64,000 nt of DNA from Spirochaetales bacterium (lineage in GTDB: Bacteria > Spirochaetota > Spirochaetia > Treponematales > UBA12059). Under the pieces are notes generated by a model, which was given only the letters and a program-made list of their open reading frames with translations, was not told the DNA's origin and did no database searches. Within the stretch, counting starts at the first letter, position 1; every line of letters begins with the position of its first letter. Location: NCBI GenBank assembly GCA_016928955.1, contig JAFGJV010000039.1, positions 43,744 to 107,743 of the forward strand, in the 5' to 3' direction. Below are positions 1-10,006 of this stretch, one piece after another. Position numbers and translations under genes: made by a program.

Positions 1-657
1 GGCCATGGCCTCAATCACGGAGTGCGGGTCGCCTTCAACGGTGGAGCGGTCCATGTACGCGCCGGGGTCGCCCTCGTCGGCGTTGCACACCACGTATTTC
101 TGGTCCGCTTGCGGGCCGCGGGAGAATTCCCACTTGCGCCAGGTGGGGAAACCCGCGCCGCCGCGCCCGCGGAGGCCGGACTTCTTGAGCTCGGCTATCA
201 CGTCGTTCGGCTTCATGGACGACAGCACCTTCTCCAGGGCCGCGTAGCCGTCGCGCGCTATGTACTCGTCGATATTTTCCGGGTTGATGATACCGCAGTT
301 GCGGAGGACGATGCGGAACTGCTTCTGGTAGAACTGGATGTCCTCTACCTTGATGCGGTCCTTCTGCTTGTCGTCCTTGTACAGAAGCCGGGTAACCTCG
401 CGGCCCTTGACGATCTGCTCCGCGATGATCTCCTTGGCGTCGGACGGCTTGACCTCAACGTAGAAGGATTCGGCGGGCAGGACCTTGACGATGGGACCTT
501 TCTCGCAGAAGCCAAAGCAGCCGGTCTTTACGACCTGCACGTCGTCCTTGACCCCTTGGGCCTCCGCCTGGCTGATCAGTTCCTTGTATATGTCGTCAGC
601 CTTGCTGGATTCGCATCCAGTGCCGCCGCATACCAGAATAAAATGCTTGTACGCCAT
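1..657 (-). CDS. hndC: NADH-binding (NuoF/HydB-like) subunit of multimeric [FeFe]-hydrogenase, 5' part; runs off window start
   Basis: Not in ORF track; read manually from ATG 657: MAYKHFILVCGGTGCESS...KTGCFGFCEKGP (2Fe-2S thioredoxin-like), SGLRGRGGAGFPT and YVVCNADEGDPGAYMDRS (NuoF motifs); follows hndB. Confidence 0.92.
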   Translation of the reverse strand, partial: MAYKHFILVCGGTGCESSKADDIYKELISQAEAQGVKDDVQVVKTGCFGFCEKGPIVKVLPAESFYVEVKPSDAKEIIAEQIVKGREVTRLLYKDDKQKDRIKVEDIQFYQKQFRIVLRNCGIINPENIDEYIARDGYAALEKVLSSMKPNDVIAELKKSGLRGRGGAGFPTWRKWEFSRGPQADQKYVVCNADEGDPGAYMDRSTVEGDPHSVIEAMA

Positions 658-674
658 CTTGGGGAGCCTCCGGC

Positions 675-1070
675 TTATTTCTTGACGATATCGACCGCGG
701 GCCGGTCGTAAATGTGCTTGTCCACAAGGGTCTTGCCGACGATATGCTTTTTCACGATTTCGGCGGCCACATCCGCGTCCACCCTGCCGTATATGGTGGC
801 CGGCATGCCGGGCATGACCACTTCCACGGTCGGCTCGACATGGCACAGTCCCATGCATCCGGTCTGCCTGATGACCACCTGGGATGTCAGGCCGCTCTCG
901 TCCACGGTCTTGACGATGGCGTCAAAGGCGGCCTTGGCCCCGGCGGCTATTCCGCACGTGCCCATGCCGACGATAATCTGAATGGTTTTGCCTTCGGTCT
1001 CCCGTCGGGCCATATCGCCCTTCTTCTCCTCGCGGAGCTTCCGGAGCTGGTCCAGGGTCATCTTTGCCAT
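675..1070 (-). CDS. hndB: (2Fe-2S) thioredoxin-like ferredoxin subunit (HndB/HydD-like)
   Basis: IIVGMGTCGIAAGA and QTGCMGLCHVEP motifs; hydrogenase operon context. Confidence 0.88.
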   Translation of the reverse strand: MAKMTLDQLRKLREEKKGDMARRETEGKTIQIIVGMGTCGIAAGAKAAFDAIVKTVDESGLTSQVVIRQTGCMGLCHVEPTVEVVMPGMPATIYGRVDADVAAEIVKKHIVGKTLVDKHIYDRPAVDIVKK

Positions 1071-1128
1071 ATCAGGCGTCTCCTTTCACGCAATCCAGGC
1101 GCCGTTACAGGCGCCATCAGCCGGCCAA

Positions 1129-1671
1129 TCACTCGACTTCCTCCTGCGAACGAAGGAAAGCATCGGCCAGGGCAATAGAGGCGGCGTCACTCAGCGGACC
1201 GACCGCGTCCAGTATGTCGGACCTGCGCACCTCGTACGAGCTGCCCCGGTCCGGGGAATGGCGCGCGGCTACCAGTTCGTAGTCGCCATCAAAACACATG
1301 CAGGACAGAAAGCAGCCGGGAAGGTCGCCAACGGGCGGTGTATCCACGCCGTCCAGCGGGAACCAGAAGCGCACGTCCGTGCCCCGCCCCCTTGCCGACG
1401 AAATGTCCCAGCGCCCTCCGGCCTGCTCAAGCGCCTGTATCAGGAACGGCAGCCCTAGGCCAACCTTCCTGCCAGGATGTTTGTTCCCGTCCGTGTGAAA
1501 CGGATCGGTGGCCCGCGCCACTTCCGCGCCGTCCATGCCCGACCCGTTGTCCAAGACCGCCGCTTCCAGGCGGCCATCCGCCTCGCTCACGGACACCCGC
1601 ACGACCGACGCCCCTGCTTCCAGGGAATTCTGGACCAGGTCCAGAAGGTAATCTGTCAGCGCGTAGTGCAC
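1129..1671 (-). CDS. Stand-alone HATPase_c (histidine-kinase-like ATP-binding) protein
   Basis: N-box DLVQNSLEA, G1 DNGSGM, DPFHT, G2 GLGLP; GTG start; no HisKA or sensor domain. Confidence 0.85.
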   Translation of the reverse strand: MHYALTDYLLDLVQNSLEAGASVVRVSVSEADGRLEAAVLDNGSGMDGAEVARATDPFHTDGNKHPGRKVGLGLPFLIQALEQAGGRWDISSARGRGTDVRFWFPLDGVDTPPVGDLPGCFLSCMCFDGDYELVAARHSPDRGSSYEVRRSDILDAVGPLSDAASIALADAFLRSQEEVE

Positions 1672-1689
1672 GGGCGGCCCATGCCGCGA

Positions 1690-2163
1690 TCAGCCGCGGT
1701 ACTTGGCTATGATTTCCGGCACCTGCTCCTTGGTGAGCTTGCCGTACACATCGTTGCCGACCATCAAGACGGGGGCCAAACCGCAGCAACCCACGCAGCG
1801 GACGGCGTCTATGGAGAACAGCCCGTCGTCGGTCACCTCGTGGCCCTTGATGCCCAGGATGTCCTCGCATTCCTCAAGGAGGGTCTGGCCGCCCTTGAGG
1901 TAGCAGGCGGTGCCCATGCACACCGCGATGCGGTGCTTGCCGGGCTTGGTCGTCTTGAACAGATGGTAGAAGGTTATGACGCCGTATATCTTGGCAAGGG
2001 GCATGCTAAGCTCCTCGGCCAGGCGCTCGGCGGCTTCCCGGGGTATGTAGCTGAATTCCTGCTGGACACGGTGCAGGATCATGATCAGGTTACCGGGTTT
2101 GTCCTTCCACTCCTGGATGAAATCCTGGAGCCCCTTTGAGAACTCTATTCGAGCCGCCGGCAT
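1690..2163 (-). CDS. hndA: NuoE/HydC-like 2Fe-2S hydrogenase subunit
   Basis: VCMGTACYLKG and RCVGCCGLAPV; ATG 2163 preceded by AGGAGG. Confidence 0.9.
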   Translation of the reverse strand: MPAARIEFSKGLQDFIQEWKDKPGNLIMILHRVQQEFSYIPREAAERLAEELSMPLAKIYGVITFYHLFKTTKPGKHRIAVCMGTACYLKGGQTLLEECEDILGIKGHEVTDDGLFSIDAVRCVGCCGLAPVLMVGNDVYGKLTKEQVPEIIAKYRG

Positions 2164-2208
2164 GGTCCCTCCTAAAAGGAAAAATATATCTATATAAAAG
2201 TTTCCCGC

Positions 2209-2237
2209 AGTGTATCGAATCGATAAAAAAATTGCAA
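2209..2237 (-). promoter_or_regulatory. Putative sigma70 promoter of the hydrogenase operon
   Basis: Minus-strand TTGCAA-17nt-TACACT in an AT-rich intergenic region. Confidence 0.55.
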
Positions 2238-2392
2238 CCACCCCCCCGGCAGATAGCGGGTCCAGAAATCGGTATTTATTTCATTTTTTGTTTAGCACGT
2301 TTCAATTACTGTAATTTTATGTCAAGAAGGGCTGGCATGCCAGTCCTTTGTTGCCGTGGCGATATGCGCCAGGATGCATTACAATTACGACC

Positions 2393-3976
2393 ATGACAGA
2401 CGGTTTTTTGGGTGCTTTGTACGAAAGAATCTCCAGCTCCGGGTTCTGGGCCGTATGCGCCGGCCCCGACGCTGCCGGCAGGGCAGCCGAATACGCCCTC
2501 TGGATAGCCGCGGTCGTCTTCATGGCCATTCTGGCCGTCTACAGAACCAGGCCCAGGCTGTACGGTCTGGCCGCTGGTTTTTTGGCGCTGAGTTCATCCG
2601 CGTGGTTCTTGGCCGTCCCACTGGAAGATCTATCCGGAGGTATCCTTCCCGCGGCCAGCATAGGCCTGGCCCTCCGCATAGCCGCCAACCTGAGCCTTAC
2701 TGGCTACGCCCTTGCCCTTGGCGAACGTCCGGCAACCAAAGCGTCGCGGCTGGGCATGGGTCTTCTGGGCGCGCTTGGACTGGCCGCGGTGACGGCGGGC
2801 GTGGTGTCGGCCCGCATCCGGCCATGGACGTCCTTGGTGGCGGTTCTAGCCCAACTGGGGCTGGCCATGGCCACGGTCGTTCTCCTGGCCGGCCGGTCCA
2901 AGGACCAGGCCCCCGTGCGCAGACTGCTTCCGCCGGCCGTCCTCTGGCTCCTGGGCCTTATTGCCAGGCTCGTACCCGTCAACGCTGCCGCCCCCTACCT
3001 GATGGCGGCCAGCGCCGCCTCGGAAACCCTGTTTGCCCTGTCTGTGATCCTGTCATCCATGATGGAGCTGGCCAAGCATTCCCATGAGGAAACCGTGTTG
3101 GACGAACGGGCCTTGAAGCTCAGCCAATCGGTCAAACGCTTCATACCGGCGGAATTCCTGGCCTACCTCCAGAAACAGGACGTGACGGACCTCAATCTTG
3201 GAGACCACGTCAAGAAGGAAATGACCATCTTCTTCTCCGACATCCGGGCCTTTACCGAGCTGGCGGAAAGCCTGACGCCGGAGGAAAGCTTTGCCTTTGT
3301 CAACTCGTACCTGTCCCGCGTGGTACCCGTGATCACCGCGCACCGCGGGTTTGTGGACAAGTACATGGGCGACGCCATCATGGCCCTGTTCTCCGAGGAC
3401 ACCGGCGCGGACGACGCCATAGAAAGCGCCGTGGAAATGCAGCGGAAGATGCAGGAGTACAACGGCCACCGGGCCAAGGTAGGCTACCGGTCGGTGTCCA
3501 TGGGCGTGGGCATCCATACCGGCCCCCTGATGATGGGCGTGGTCGGCGTGGGCGACCGGATGGAAGGCACGGTCATATCGGACTCGGTCAACCTTGCGTC
3601 GCGCCTTCAGAGCATCGCCAAGGCCTTCAACATACCGTTGGTGATCAGCGAGCGCACTTTCATGTCCCTGTCCGACCCCGGCAAGTACAAATACCGCTTC
3701 ATAGGCAAGGTCAGGGTCAAGGGCAAGGACGCCCCCGTGTCCGTGTTCGAGATTTTTGACGGCCTGGCCGACGAGCTGTTCGAACGCAAGATGCGTTCCA
3801 ACACCTTCTTTGAGCAGGGCATGATGGCCTACTACCAGAAGGATTTCTCGTCGGGGATATTCTATTTCCAGCGGGCCCTGGAGCACGTCCCGGAAGACGG
3901 CGCGTCGCGCTTCTACCTGGAGACCTGCATCCGCAAGGCCATGGCCGGCAAGAAGGCGGAGGCCGCCGGAGCTTGA
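2393..3976 (+). CDS. Membrane-bound class III adenylate cyclase with C-terminal TPR-like helices
   Basis: Multiple N-terminal TM segments; TIFFSDIRAFT, VDKYMGDAIMALF (Lys = ATP specificity), VISDSVNLASRLQ; start set at ATG 2393, 7 nt after TACAAT. Confidence 0.85.
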   Translation: MTDGFLGALYERISSSGFWAVCAGPDAAGRAAEYALWIAAVVFMAILAVYRTRPRLYGLAAGFLALSSSAWFLAVPLEDLSGGILPAASIGLALRIAANLSLTGYALALGERPATKASRLGMGLLGALGLAAVTAGVVSARIRPWTSLVAVLAQLGLAMATVVLLAGRSKDQAPVRRLLPPAVLWLLGLIARLVPVNAAAPYLMAASAASETLFALSVILSSMMELAKHSHEETVLDERALKLSQSVKRFIPAEFLAYLQKQDVTDLNLGDHVKKEMTIFFSDIRAFTELAESLTPEESFAFVNSYLSRVVPVITAHRGFVDKYMGDAIMALFSEDTGADDAIESAVEMQRKMQEYNGHRAKVGYRSVSMGVGIHTGPLMMGVVGVGDRMEGTVISDSVNLASRLQSIAKAFNIPLVISERTFMSLSDPGKYKYRFIGKVRVKGKDAPVSVFEIFDGLADELFERKMRSNTFFEQGMMAYYQKDFSSGIFYFQRALEHVPEDGASRFYLETCIRKAMAGKKAEAAGA

Positions 3977-4029
3977 CGCCCCGGAGTGCCCGGTGTAGTC
4001 TGGGATAACCCTCCTCAAAGGCGCGTACC

Positions 4030-5313
4030 ATGAACTATTCAGACCCTACCCGTCTTGGCATACTGGCCTGTCCCGGCGGCGAGCGCTTTGCTTCCCAGGT
4101 CGTGCACCGTCTGTCTACCATCTACCGTCGCCGGTTCGACCGCAAAACCCAGGTCCTGGCCGAACGCTACCACCTGTCCAGCGAGCTGGTGGCCAGGAAG
4201 ATCAACTTTGCCGGCGACACGCAGTCGTCGCTGCTGTACATACCCGGCAACGTCAACGAGTACAGGGCGCCCCGCTTCAAGGTCAACGCGCGCTTTACCT
4301 GGTTTCCCAACGGGGAGATCAAGGCGGAAATCCTGGACTCCATCCGCGGCAAGGACCTGTACATTTTCCAGGACGTGGAGAACCGCCAGCCGTGCTCGTT
4401 CAACGATGGGCGCGACGAGCGGGCCCTGTCGGTCAACGACCATTTTTTCAGCATGTTCACGGCCGTGGACGCGGCCATACAAGCCGGTGCCGGCCGCATC
4501 ACCCTGGTCATGCCCGCCTATCCCTATTCGCGCCAGCACAAGAAAAAGGGAAGGGAAGGCCTGACCGCCGCCCGCATTGGGCAGATGATCGAGTACTTCG
4601 GCGTGTCGCGCATCATCACTCTGGACATCCACTCGAGGGAAATCGAAAACTGCTTCAACAAACTGCGCCTGGAAAACCTGCACGCGTCGTACCAGGTAAT
4701 AGAAAAGCTTGCGGGCATCGTGGACGTGGGCGACGAGAACCTGGTGGTGCTGTCGCCGGACACCGGGGCCGTGGACCGTAACAAATTTTACGCCAGCACC
4801 CTGCAGAAGCCCCTGGCCCTCCTGTACAAGGAGCGCGACTACTCCAAGGTCACCAAGGACGCCAACGAGTCGAACATAACGGAGATGAAGCTCCTTGGCG
4901 ACGTGCACGGCAAGATCGTGTTCATGGCCGACGACATGCTGGGCACCGGCGGCACCCTGCTCAAGGCCATGCGCTACCTCAAGGAACAGGGCGCCGTCAA
5001 GGTGATATGCGCCGTGTCCCTGCCCCTCTTCTCCGCCACCGCGGTTGACGACTTTGACCGGGCATACAACGACGGCCTCTTTTTCCGCATCATAGGCACC
5101 AACGCGGTGCACCACAACGAACTGCTCAAGAAAGAGTGGTACATAGAAGCGGACGTGACCACCCTGTTCGCGCAGATCATATCGCTTTTGCACCACAACC
5201 GGAGCCTGTCGCCCATGCTGGACAACCGCGACCTGATAACAAAGAAAATCAAGAAGGCCATGGCCGCCCACGTCGCCCAGCAGCCGACCCAGCCCACGCT
5301 CGAGCTGGAGTGA
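4030..5313 (+). CDS. prs: Ribose-phosphate pyrophosphokinase (long spirochaete-type)
   Basis: FPNGE, PAYPYSRQHKK, TLDIHS, LSPDTGA, ADDMLGTGGTL motifs. Confidence 0.92.
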   Translation: MNYSDPTRLGILACPGGERFASQVVHRLSTIYRRRFDRKTQVLAERYHLSSELVARKINFAGDTQSSLLYIPGNVNEYRAPRFKVNARFTWFPNGEIKAEILDSIRGKDLYIFQDVENRQPCSFNDGRDERALSVNDHFFSMFTAVDAAIQAGAGRITLVMPAYPYSRQHKKKGREGLTAARIGQMIEYFGVSRIITLDIHSREIENCFNKLRLENLHASYQVIEKLAGIVDVGDENLVVLSPDTGAVDRNKFYASTLQKPLALLYKERDYSKVTKDANESNITEMKLLGDVHGKIVFMADDMLGTGGTLLKAMRYLKEQGAVKVICAVSLPLFSATAVDDFDRAYNDGLFFRIIGTNAVHHNELLKKEWYIEADVTTLFAQIISLLHHNRSLSPMLDNRDLITKKIKKAMAAHVAQQPTQPTLELE

Positions 5314-5320
5314 CCAGGCC

Positions 5321-5971
5321 GTGCGGATTTACCGCCTGCCGGCCGCGACAAGGGCCATCCTGTTTGACATAGACGGAACCCTGTACACCAACGCCGAGTA
5401 CGGCCGCCGCCAGATAGACGTGCTGATAGAGGAGCTGGCCAGGGTCCGCGGCCAGGATATAGACCAGACCAGGGCGGACGTGGAAAAAGCCAGGGCGACC
5501 ATAGCCGGCAGGGACGGCGTCCAGACCAGTTTGGGCAACGCCATGGCGGCGCTGGGCGTGGACCTGCCCACCAGCGTGGCCTGGCGTGAACGCCTGATCG
5601 ACCCGGCCGCCTTCCTTTCCCCGGACGCCAAGCTGCGCGCCGCCCTGGGTTCGTTCGTAGAAGCCGGCATACTCCTGGTAGCCGTCACCAACAATCCAAA
5701 ATCGGTCGGCCTGGCAAGCATCCGCGCCTTAGGCGTTGACGGGCTGTTTTCCGCCGTGGTCGGCCTGGACGACACCCTGCGCTCCAAGCCGGCCCGCGAA
5801 CCCTACGAGCTGGCAGCCAGGCTGGCCGACGCTCCGCCGGAAACATGCCTGTCCGTGGGCGACCGCTATGACGTGGATCTGGCCGTGCCCTTGGACTTGG
5901 GCATGGGAGCGGTGCTGGTGGACGGCGTGGAAGACGTATACGCCCTGCCTGAGATTCTAAGTAAGGCGTAA
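5321..5971 (+). CDS. HAD-superfamily hydrolase
   Basis: FDIDGTLY motif I, VTNN, SKP, VGDRYDVD motif IV; GTG start. Confidence 0.85.
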   Translation: MRIYRLPAATRAILFDIDGTLYTNAEYGRRQIDVLIEELARVRGQDIDQTRADVEKARATIAGRDGVQTSLGNAMAALGVDLPTSVAWRERLIDPAAFLSPDAKLRAALGSFVEAGILLVAVTNNPKSVGLASIRALGVDGLFSAVVGLDDTLRSKPAREPYELAARLADAPPETCLSVGDRYDVDLAVPLDLGMGAVLVDGVEDVYALPEILSKA

Positions 5972-5978
5972 CGGGGCG

Positions 5979-6962
5979 TCAGCGCAGACCGCGATCCCTG
6001 AGTATGTCCAGAAGCTGGCTTGGCCGGTCGGTGATGATGCCGTCCACCCCAAAGCCGTCCTCCCGCCCCAGTTCGGCCAGCCGGATCATGTCCTCAGACC
6101 GGTTGATGGTCCAGTAGTGGATGGGTATGCCGCGGTGCCGGGCGTCTTCCCTGAAAGCCCGCGAGCACAGGTCTATCCTGAACGGCCCGAGCTTTGAGCC
6201 CAGCGGCAGGTTCAGCACGTTGAAGCCGGCGCCGTTGTTCACCGCCGACAGGCCCAGGGCGTGGAACGCCCAGAACGCCGTTGCCTCCGGAACCGGCGCC
6301 GAACGGGCCACCGAGCCGCTGGCCAGGCTTTTGAACGCCTTCATGGTGTCGCCATGGAACGACGCGACCAGCACGGTGTCACGGCGCCCGTACGCCTCTA
6401 TAAGGCGCCACAGCTCGGCCGCGGCCAGCTCTCCGTCCGCCCCTGAGTCCTTGAGCTCGATCAGCATGGGCATGGCAGGATACGCCTTGAACAGCTCCTC
6501 GAGGTGCGGCACGTAGGCCCCCACCCCGATATAGGGATTGATGGCCGGATCGCGCAGCGGCGCGCCGTCCGGTCCTTCCAGGCCGTATCCCGCGTCCAGC
6601 TGACGTATGGCCTCGTAGCTCATGGCGCGCACGGGCCCCGAGCCGTTTGTAGTGCGGTCCAGGGACAGGTCGTGGATGACGGCCAGCATGCCGTCCGCCG
6701 TCAGGGCCACGTCCAGCTCGAACGCGTCCACTCCTATGGACGCCGCGTGCTCAAAGGCCAGGTTCGACTCGCTCGGGCGCTCCTGGTTGCCGCCCTGGTG
6801 GGCTATCACCAGCGGGGCGCCGTTCGCCCTGGCCGACCACACCCTTGGCGGCTCTGCGCGATGTTTGGGCCACGCGTACATAAGCGACCAGGCCAGGGCA
6901 AGGATGGCCAGCACCAGGAGCGCGGCCTTCCTGCCGCGGCGCCTCGGCTTGGGGGCGCTCAT
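5979..6962 (-). CDS. Glycerophosphodiester phosphodiesterase, membrane-anchored
   Basis: N-terminal TM; IAHQGG, FELDV, IHD, IELK, YWTIN, GIITDRP. Confidence 0.88.
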   Translation of the reverse strand: MSAPKPRRRGRKAALLVLAILALAWSLMYAWPKHRAEPPRVWSARANGAPLVIAHQGGNQERPSESNLAFEHAASIGVDAFELDVALTADGMLAVIHDLSLDRTTNGSGPVRAMSYEAIRQLDAGYGLEGPDGAPLRDPAINPYIGVGAYVPHLEELFKAYPAMPMLIELKDSGADGELAAAELWRLIEAYGRRDTVLVASFHGDTMKAFKSLASGSVARSAPVPEATAFWAFHALGLSAVNNGAGFNVLNLPLGSKLGPFRIDLCSRAFREDARHRGIPIHYWTINRSEDMIRLAELGREDGFGVDGIITDRPSQLLDILRDRGLR

Positions 6963-8611
6963 TTCATTTCCCTGAGGGCGCGGGCCACGTCAAAGGCGCC
7001 GTCGCCGATTTTCTCGATATGGCGGACCACGTCCATGTACAGCAGCTCCGTCTTGACGTCCGCCCCGGCCTGTATCCTCTTGCGGGACTTTTTCCTGAGT
7101 GCCGAGCGGAATTCGTCTATGCGGTCCTCAAGCCGCTGGGCCGATTCCAGCTGTTCCCCGGATATGCCGCCGTTTATGTTGTCCTGCACAAAGCGCAGGA
7201 AATCGCTCACCAGCAGGGTGTAGGGGCCAAGCCGCTCGACCTCCGCGGGATCCAGCTTGAGCTTGCGCGACTCGGCCTTGTCCAGGAGCATCACCAGGCT
7301 GTAGCAGTCGTCGGTTATGTCCTCAAGGTCGCTGACCATGCGCATCATGACGCCTATGTTCACCTGGCTGGACGCGCCGAGCTCGTGGCCGGCGCAATCC
7401 ATCAGGAAGCGGGACAGCTCCTCGCGCATCTGGTCCGCGTAGTTCTCCATGTCGCGGAATTCTTCCAGCTCGTCCGCCAGGTCCTCCGGACGCTCGTCCA
7501 GCAGTTCCCGGAAACGCCCGAACATACGGCCGCACAGGCCGGCCATGTCGGCAATCTCCTTCTGGGCGCGCATGATGTTCAGTTCCGGCGTGTCCATCAT
7601 GGGCGCTGCCACGTACTCCAGCTTGCCTATCATCGATTCCTCGCCGGGCCGGGCCTTGACGATGCGCTCCACCAGTTTGGTGAAGGGCACCACAAAGGGC
7701 GAGAACACGACCGCGTTGACCACGTTGAAGGTGGTGTGCATGAGCGCTATGTGCTGGGCTACCGTCGAGCCGCCGGCCACCGCGTTGACCAGGTGTATGA
7801 AGGGTTTGAAGAGGACGATGGCCCACGCAGAGCCCAGCACGTTGAACAGGATATGCACCCAGGCCGCCCGCTTGGCCGCGGTCCGCGCGCCGATGGACGC
7901 AAGATACGCGTCTATGGTCGTGCCTATATTCGCGCCGAGCACCAGGCCGGCCGCCATCTCGAAGCCTATCACGCCCTCCACGGCCAGCGTGATGATCACG
8001 GCCGTGGACGCGCTGGACGAGTGCATGAGCACCGTCAGCCCTATGCCGGCCCCGGCGGCTATCAGCACGGACAGGGCGCCCATGCCTGACAGGTCGGCCA
8101 GGAAGTGCATGACCTCGGCCGAGGGCTTGGGTATGGCGTGCGACAGGTACTCAAGGCCCAGGAACAGGAGGCCAAAGCCAACGGCCGCCTCGCCCCAGTC
8201 CCTGGTCCTCGACCGGCGCTTGCCGCTCATCATCATGATGAATCCTGCGCCGATCATCGGGAGGGCCAGGGCGGCTATGCTGAACTTGAAGCCAATGAGC
8301 GACACTATCCAGGCGGTGACCGTGGTCCCTATGTTGGCGCCGAATATCACGCCGGCCGCCTGGACCACCGACAGGAGCCCCGCGTTGACAAAGGACACGA
8401 CCATGACCGTGGTGGCCGACGACGACTGTATCAATGCCGTGACGCCCATGCCCGTGAGGAGCGAGCGGAAGGTATTACCGGTCATGGCGTTGAGGGCCTT
8501 CTTGAGCCGCTCGCCGGCCGCCCTCTGGATGGCCTCCGAGAGTATCTTCATGCCGAAGAGGAACAGCCCGAGGGCCCCGACCAGTTCTATGATGATGATA
8601 GCTACATCCAT
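6959..8611 (-). CDS. Na+/phosphate cotransporter with C-terminal PhoU-like domain
   Basis: QSSSATT and HSSSAST repeats, two GANIGTT motifs; ATGA overlap with the GDPD gene. Confidence 0.9.
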   Translation of the reverse strand: MDVAIIIIELVGALGLFLFGMKILSEAIQRAAGERLKKALNAMTGNTFRSLLTGMGVTALIQSSSATTVMVVSFVNAGLLSVVQAAGVIFGANIGTTVTAWIVSLIGFKFSIAALALPMIGAGFIMMMSGKRRSRTRDWGEAAVGFGLLFLGLEYLSHAIPKPSAEVMHFLADLSGMGALSVLIAAGAGIGLTVLMHSSSASTAVIITLAVEGVIGFEMAAGLVLGANIGTTIDAYLASIGARTAAKRAAWVHILFNVLGSAWAIVLFKPFIHLVNAVAGGSTVAQHIALMHTTFNVVNAVVFSPFVVPFTKLVERIVKARPGEESMIGKLEYVAAPMMDTPELNIMRAQKEIADMAGLCGRMFGRFRELLDERPEDLADELEEFRDMENYADQMREELSRFLMDCAGHELGASSQVNIGVMMRMVSDLEDITDDCYSLVMLLDKAESRKLKLDPAEVERLGPYTLLVSDFLRFVQDNINGGISGEQLESAQRLEDRIDEFRSALRKKSRKRIQAGADVKTELLYMDVVRHIEKIGDGAFDVARALREMK

Positions 8612-8786
8612 GGAACAATCCTTGCACGGATCCAGAATGAGGTGGCTCGCGGCCTTAAAGGCGCCGCGGGTGGAGAACCCGACCTTGCGGGAGCGGGACA
8701 ACGGAACCTTTATATTGTAAAACGGCTGTAAAAAAAAGGGGCCAGGGTGCTTTTTGCTCCTGTTGCCTCCGCGCTATACTGCGACC

Positions 8787-9167
8787 ATGGTCCTGAAAAA
8801 GCTCAAGGAGCGGGCGCGGGCCGCCAAACAGGCCGCCGCCGTCCTGGTATACGCCCTCTGGGACAGGCGCACGCCCTGGTACGCCAAGGCGATCGTGGCC
8901 CTGACCGTGGGCTATGCCCTGAGTCCCATAGACCTGATACCGGATTTCATACCCGTCCTTGGTTACCTGGACGACCTTCTGATTGTTCCCGCTGGTGTGG
9001 CGCTTGCCCTGCGCCTCACGCCCCCGGATGTGCTGGCCGACTGCCGCGCCCGGGCAGAGGCCGACGACGGGGCCAAGGCCAAGGGCGTTGGCAGGTTCGC
9101 CGCGTTCTGGGTAGCCGCCCTGTGGTTGGCTCTGATCATGATTTTTGTGGTAAAGGTGATAGTATGA
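8787..9167 (+). CDS. YkvA/DUF1232 family membrane protein
   Basis: YALSPIDLIPDFIPVLGYLDD signature. Confidence 0.9.
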   Translation: MVLKKLKERARAAKQAAAVLVYALWDRRTPWYAKAIVALTVGYALSPIDLIPDFIPVLGYLDDLLIVPAGVALALRLTPPDVLADCRARAEADDGAKAKGVGRFAAFWVAALWLALIMIFVVKVIV

Positions 9168-9985
9168 CGCGCTTGCATGGGCCCTTTGTCTCCCGCCTGT
9201 CTACCCTGGCGTTGGCCGCGGCCGTGGCCTGCCTGTGGCCCGCCACGCTCGTTGCCCAGACGGCAGCCTCCTGGCTCAGCCCGGAAGCGGCGCGCGTCCT
9301 GGCGGCGGGCCAGGACCTCAGGGCCTCGTCCACCGGGAGAAACGCGTCGCTCAGCCTGGTCCCGTCCCATCCCGCCGCCAGAAGCTTGGCGGCGTCGGTC
9401 ATGTCGGAAAAGCCTGACGTTGTGGTTGAGGCCCTGTTTTTGTGGAAGAAACCGGCCGTCAAGGACAAGGACACGGAGAAGCTGGCCGCATACAATGTGC
9501 TGCGCTCGATCGGCAGTCTCACGGGCATCGAGTACTACTCGGCCAGCCGGAAGACCATGCGCCTGTTCTACGAGTCGTCGACCCTTATCTACGGGCCGGA
9601 CGACAGGACCCCGTTGCCGGACCGTGCGCTATCGGCCCTACCCGCGGCGGAGCGTCTGTACGCGCGGCAGAAGGATTTGTCCTTTGGCGACAACGTTTAC
9701 AGCTACGACCTGTCGTCGGGACCGGACTGGCTCCAGTCCCTGTCCGTCAACCTGACCACCATGCGTTACGGCATCATACCGGTGGCCGGCCCCGGCGACC
9801 TCAGGGTCAGGGCCCTGGTCATTGTTGCGGACGACGCCGTCATTTTCTACGCCGTGTCCAGCGCCAAGGCGACGGTCATACCCGGCGTCCGCGCCAAGCT
9901 GGAAGCGTCGTTCGGCAACCGGGCGGCTGCCATATACTCATGGTTCGCGAAAAAGGCCCAGGCCGCGTGGGCGGCCCTCCCCTGA
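9164..9985 (+). CDS. Secreted spirochaetal hypothetical protein (DUF6675-like)
   Basis: Signal peptide; SLTGIEYYSASR, QKDLSFG, SFGNRAAAIYSWF; overlaps the upstream stop. Confidence 0.65.
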   Translation: MTRLHGPFVSRLSTLALAAAVACLWPATLVAQTAASWLSPEAARVLAAGQDLRASSTGRNASLSLVPSHPAARSLAASVMSEKPDVVVEALFLWKKPAVKDKDTEKLAAYNVLRSIGSLTGIEYYSASRKTMRLFYESSTLIYGPDDRTPLPDRALSALPAAERLYARQKDLSFGDNVYSYDLSSGPDWLQSLSVNLTTMRYGIIPVAGPGDLRVRALVIVADDAVIFYAVSSAKATVIPGVRAKLEASFGNRAAAIYSWFAKKAQAAWAALP

Positions 9986-10006
9986 CACGGGGCAATCTGC
10001 GGCGCG

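Noticed and set aside
22-711. 229-aa plus-strand ORF and similar long opposite-strand ORFs (e.g. 4039-5271, 7449-8720, 27744-28736, 56332-57783)
   Set aside because: Antisense or off-frame shadows of well-supported genes, expected from GC-rich codon bias; no motifs
2285-2310. Possible Rex operator upstream of the hydrogenase operon (TTGTTTAGCACGTTTCAA)
   Set aside because: Five mismatches to TTGTGAA-N4-TTCACAA; too weak to call
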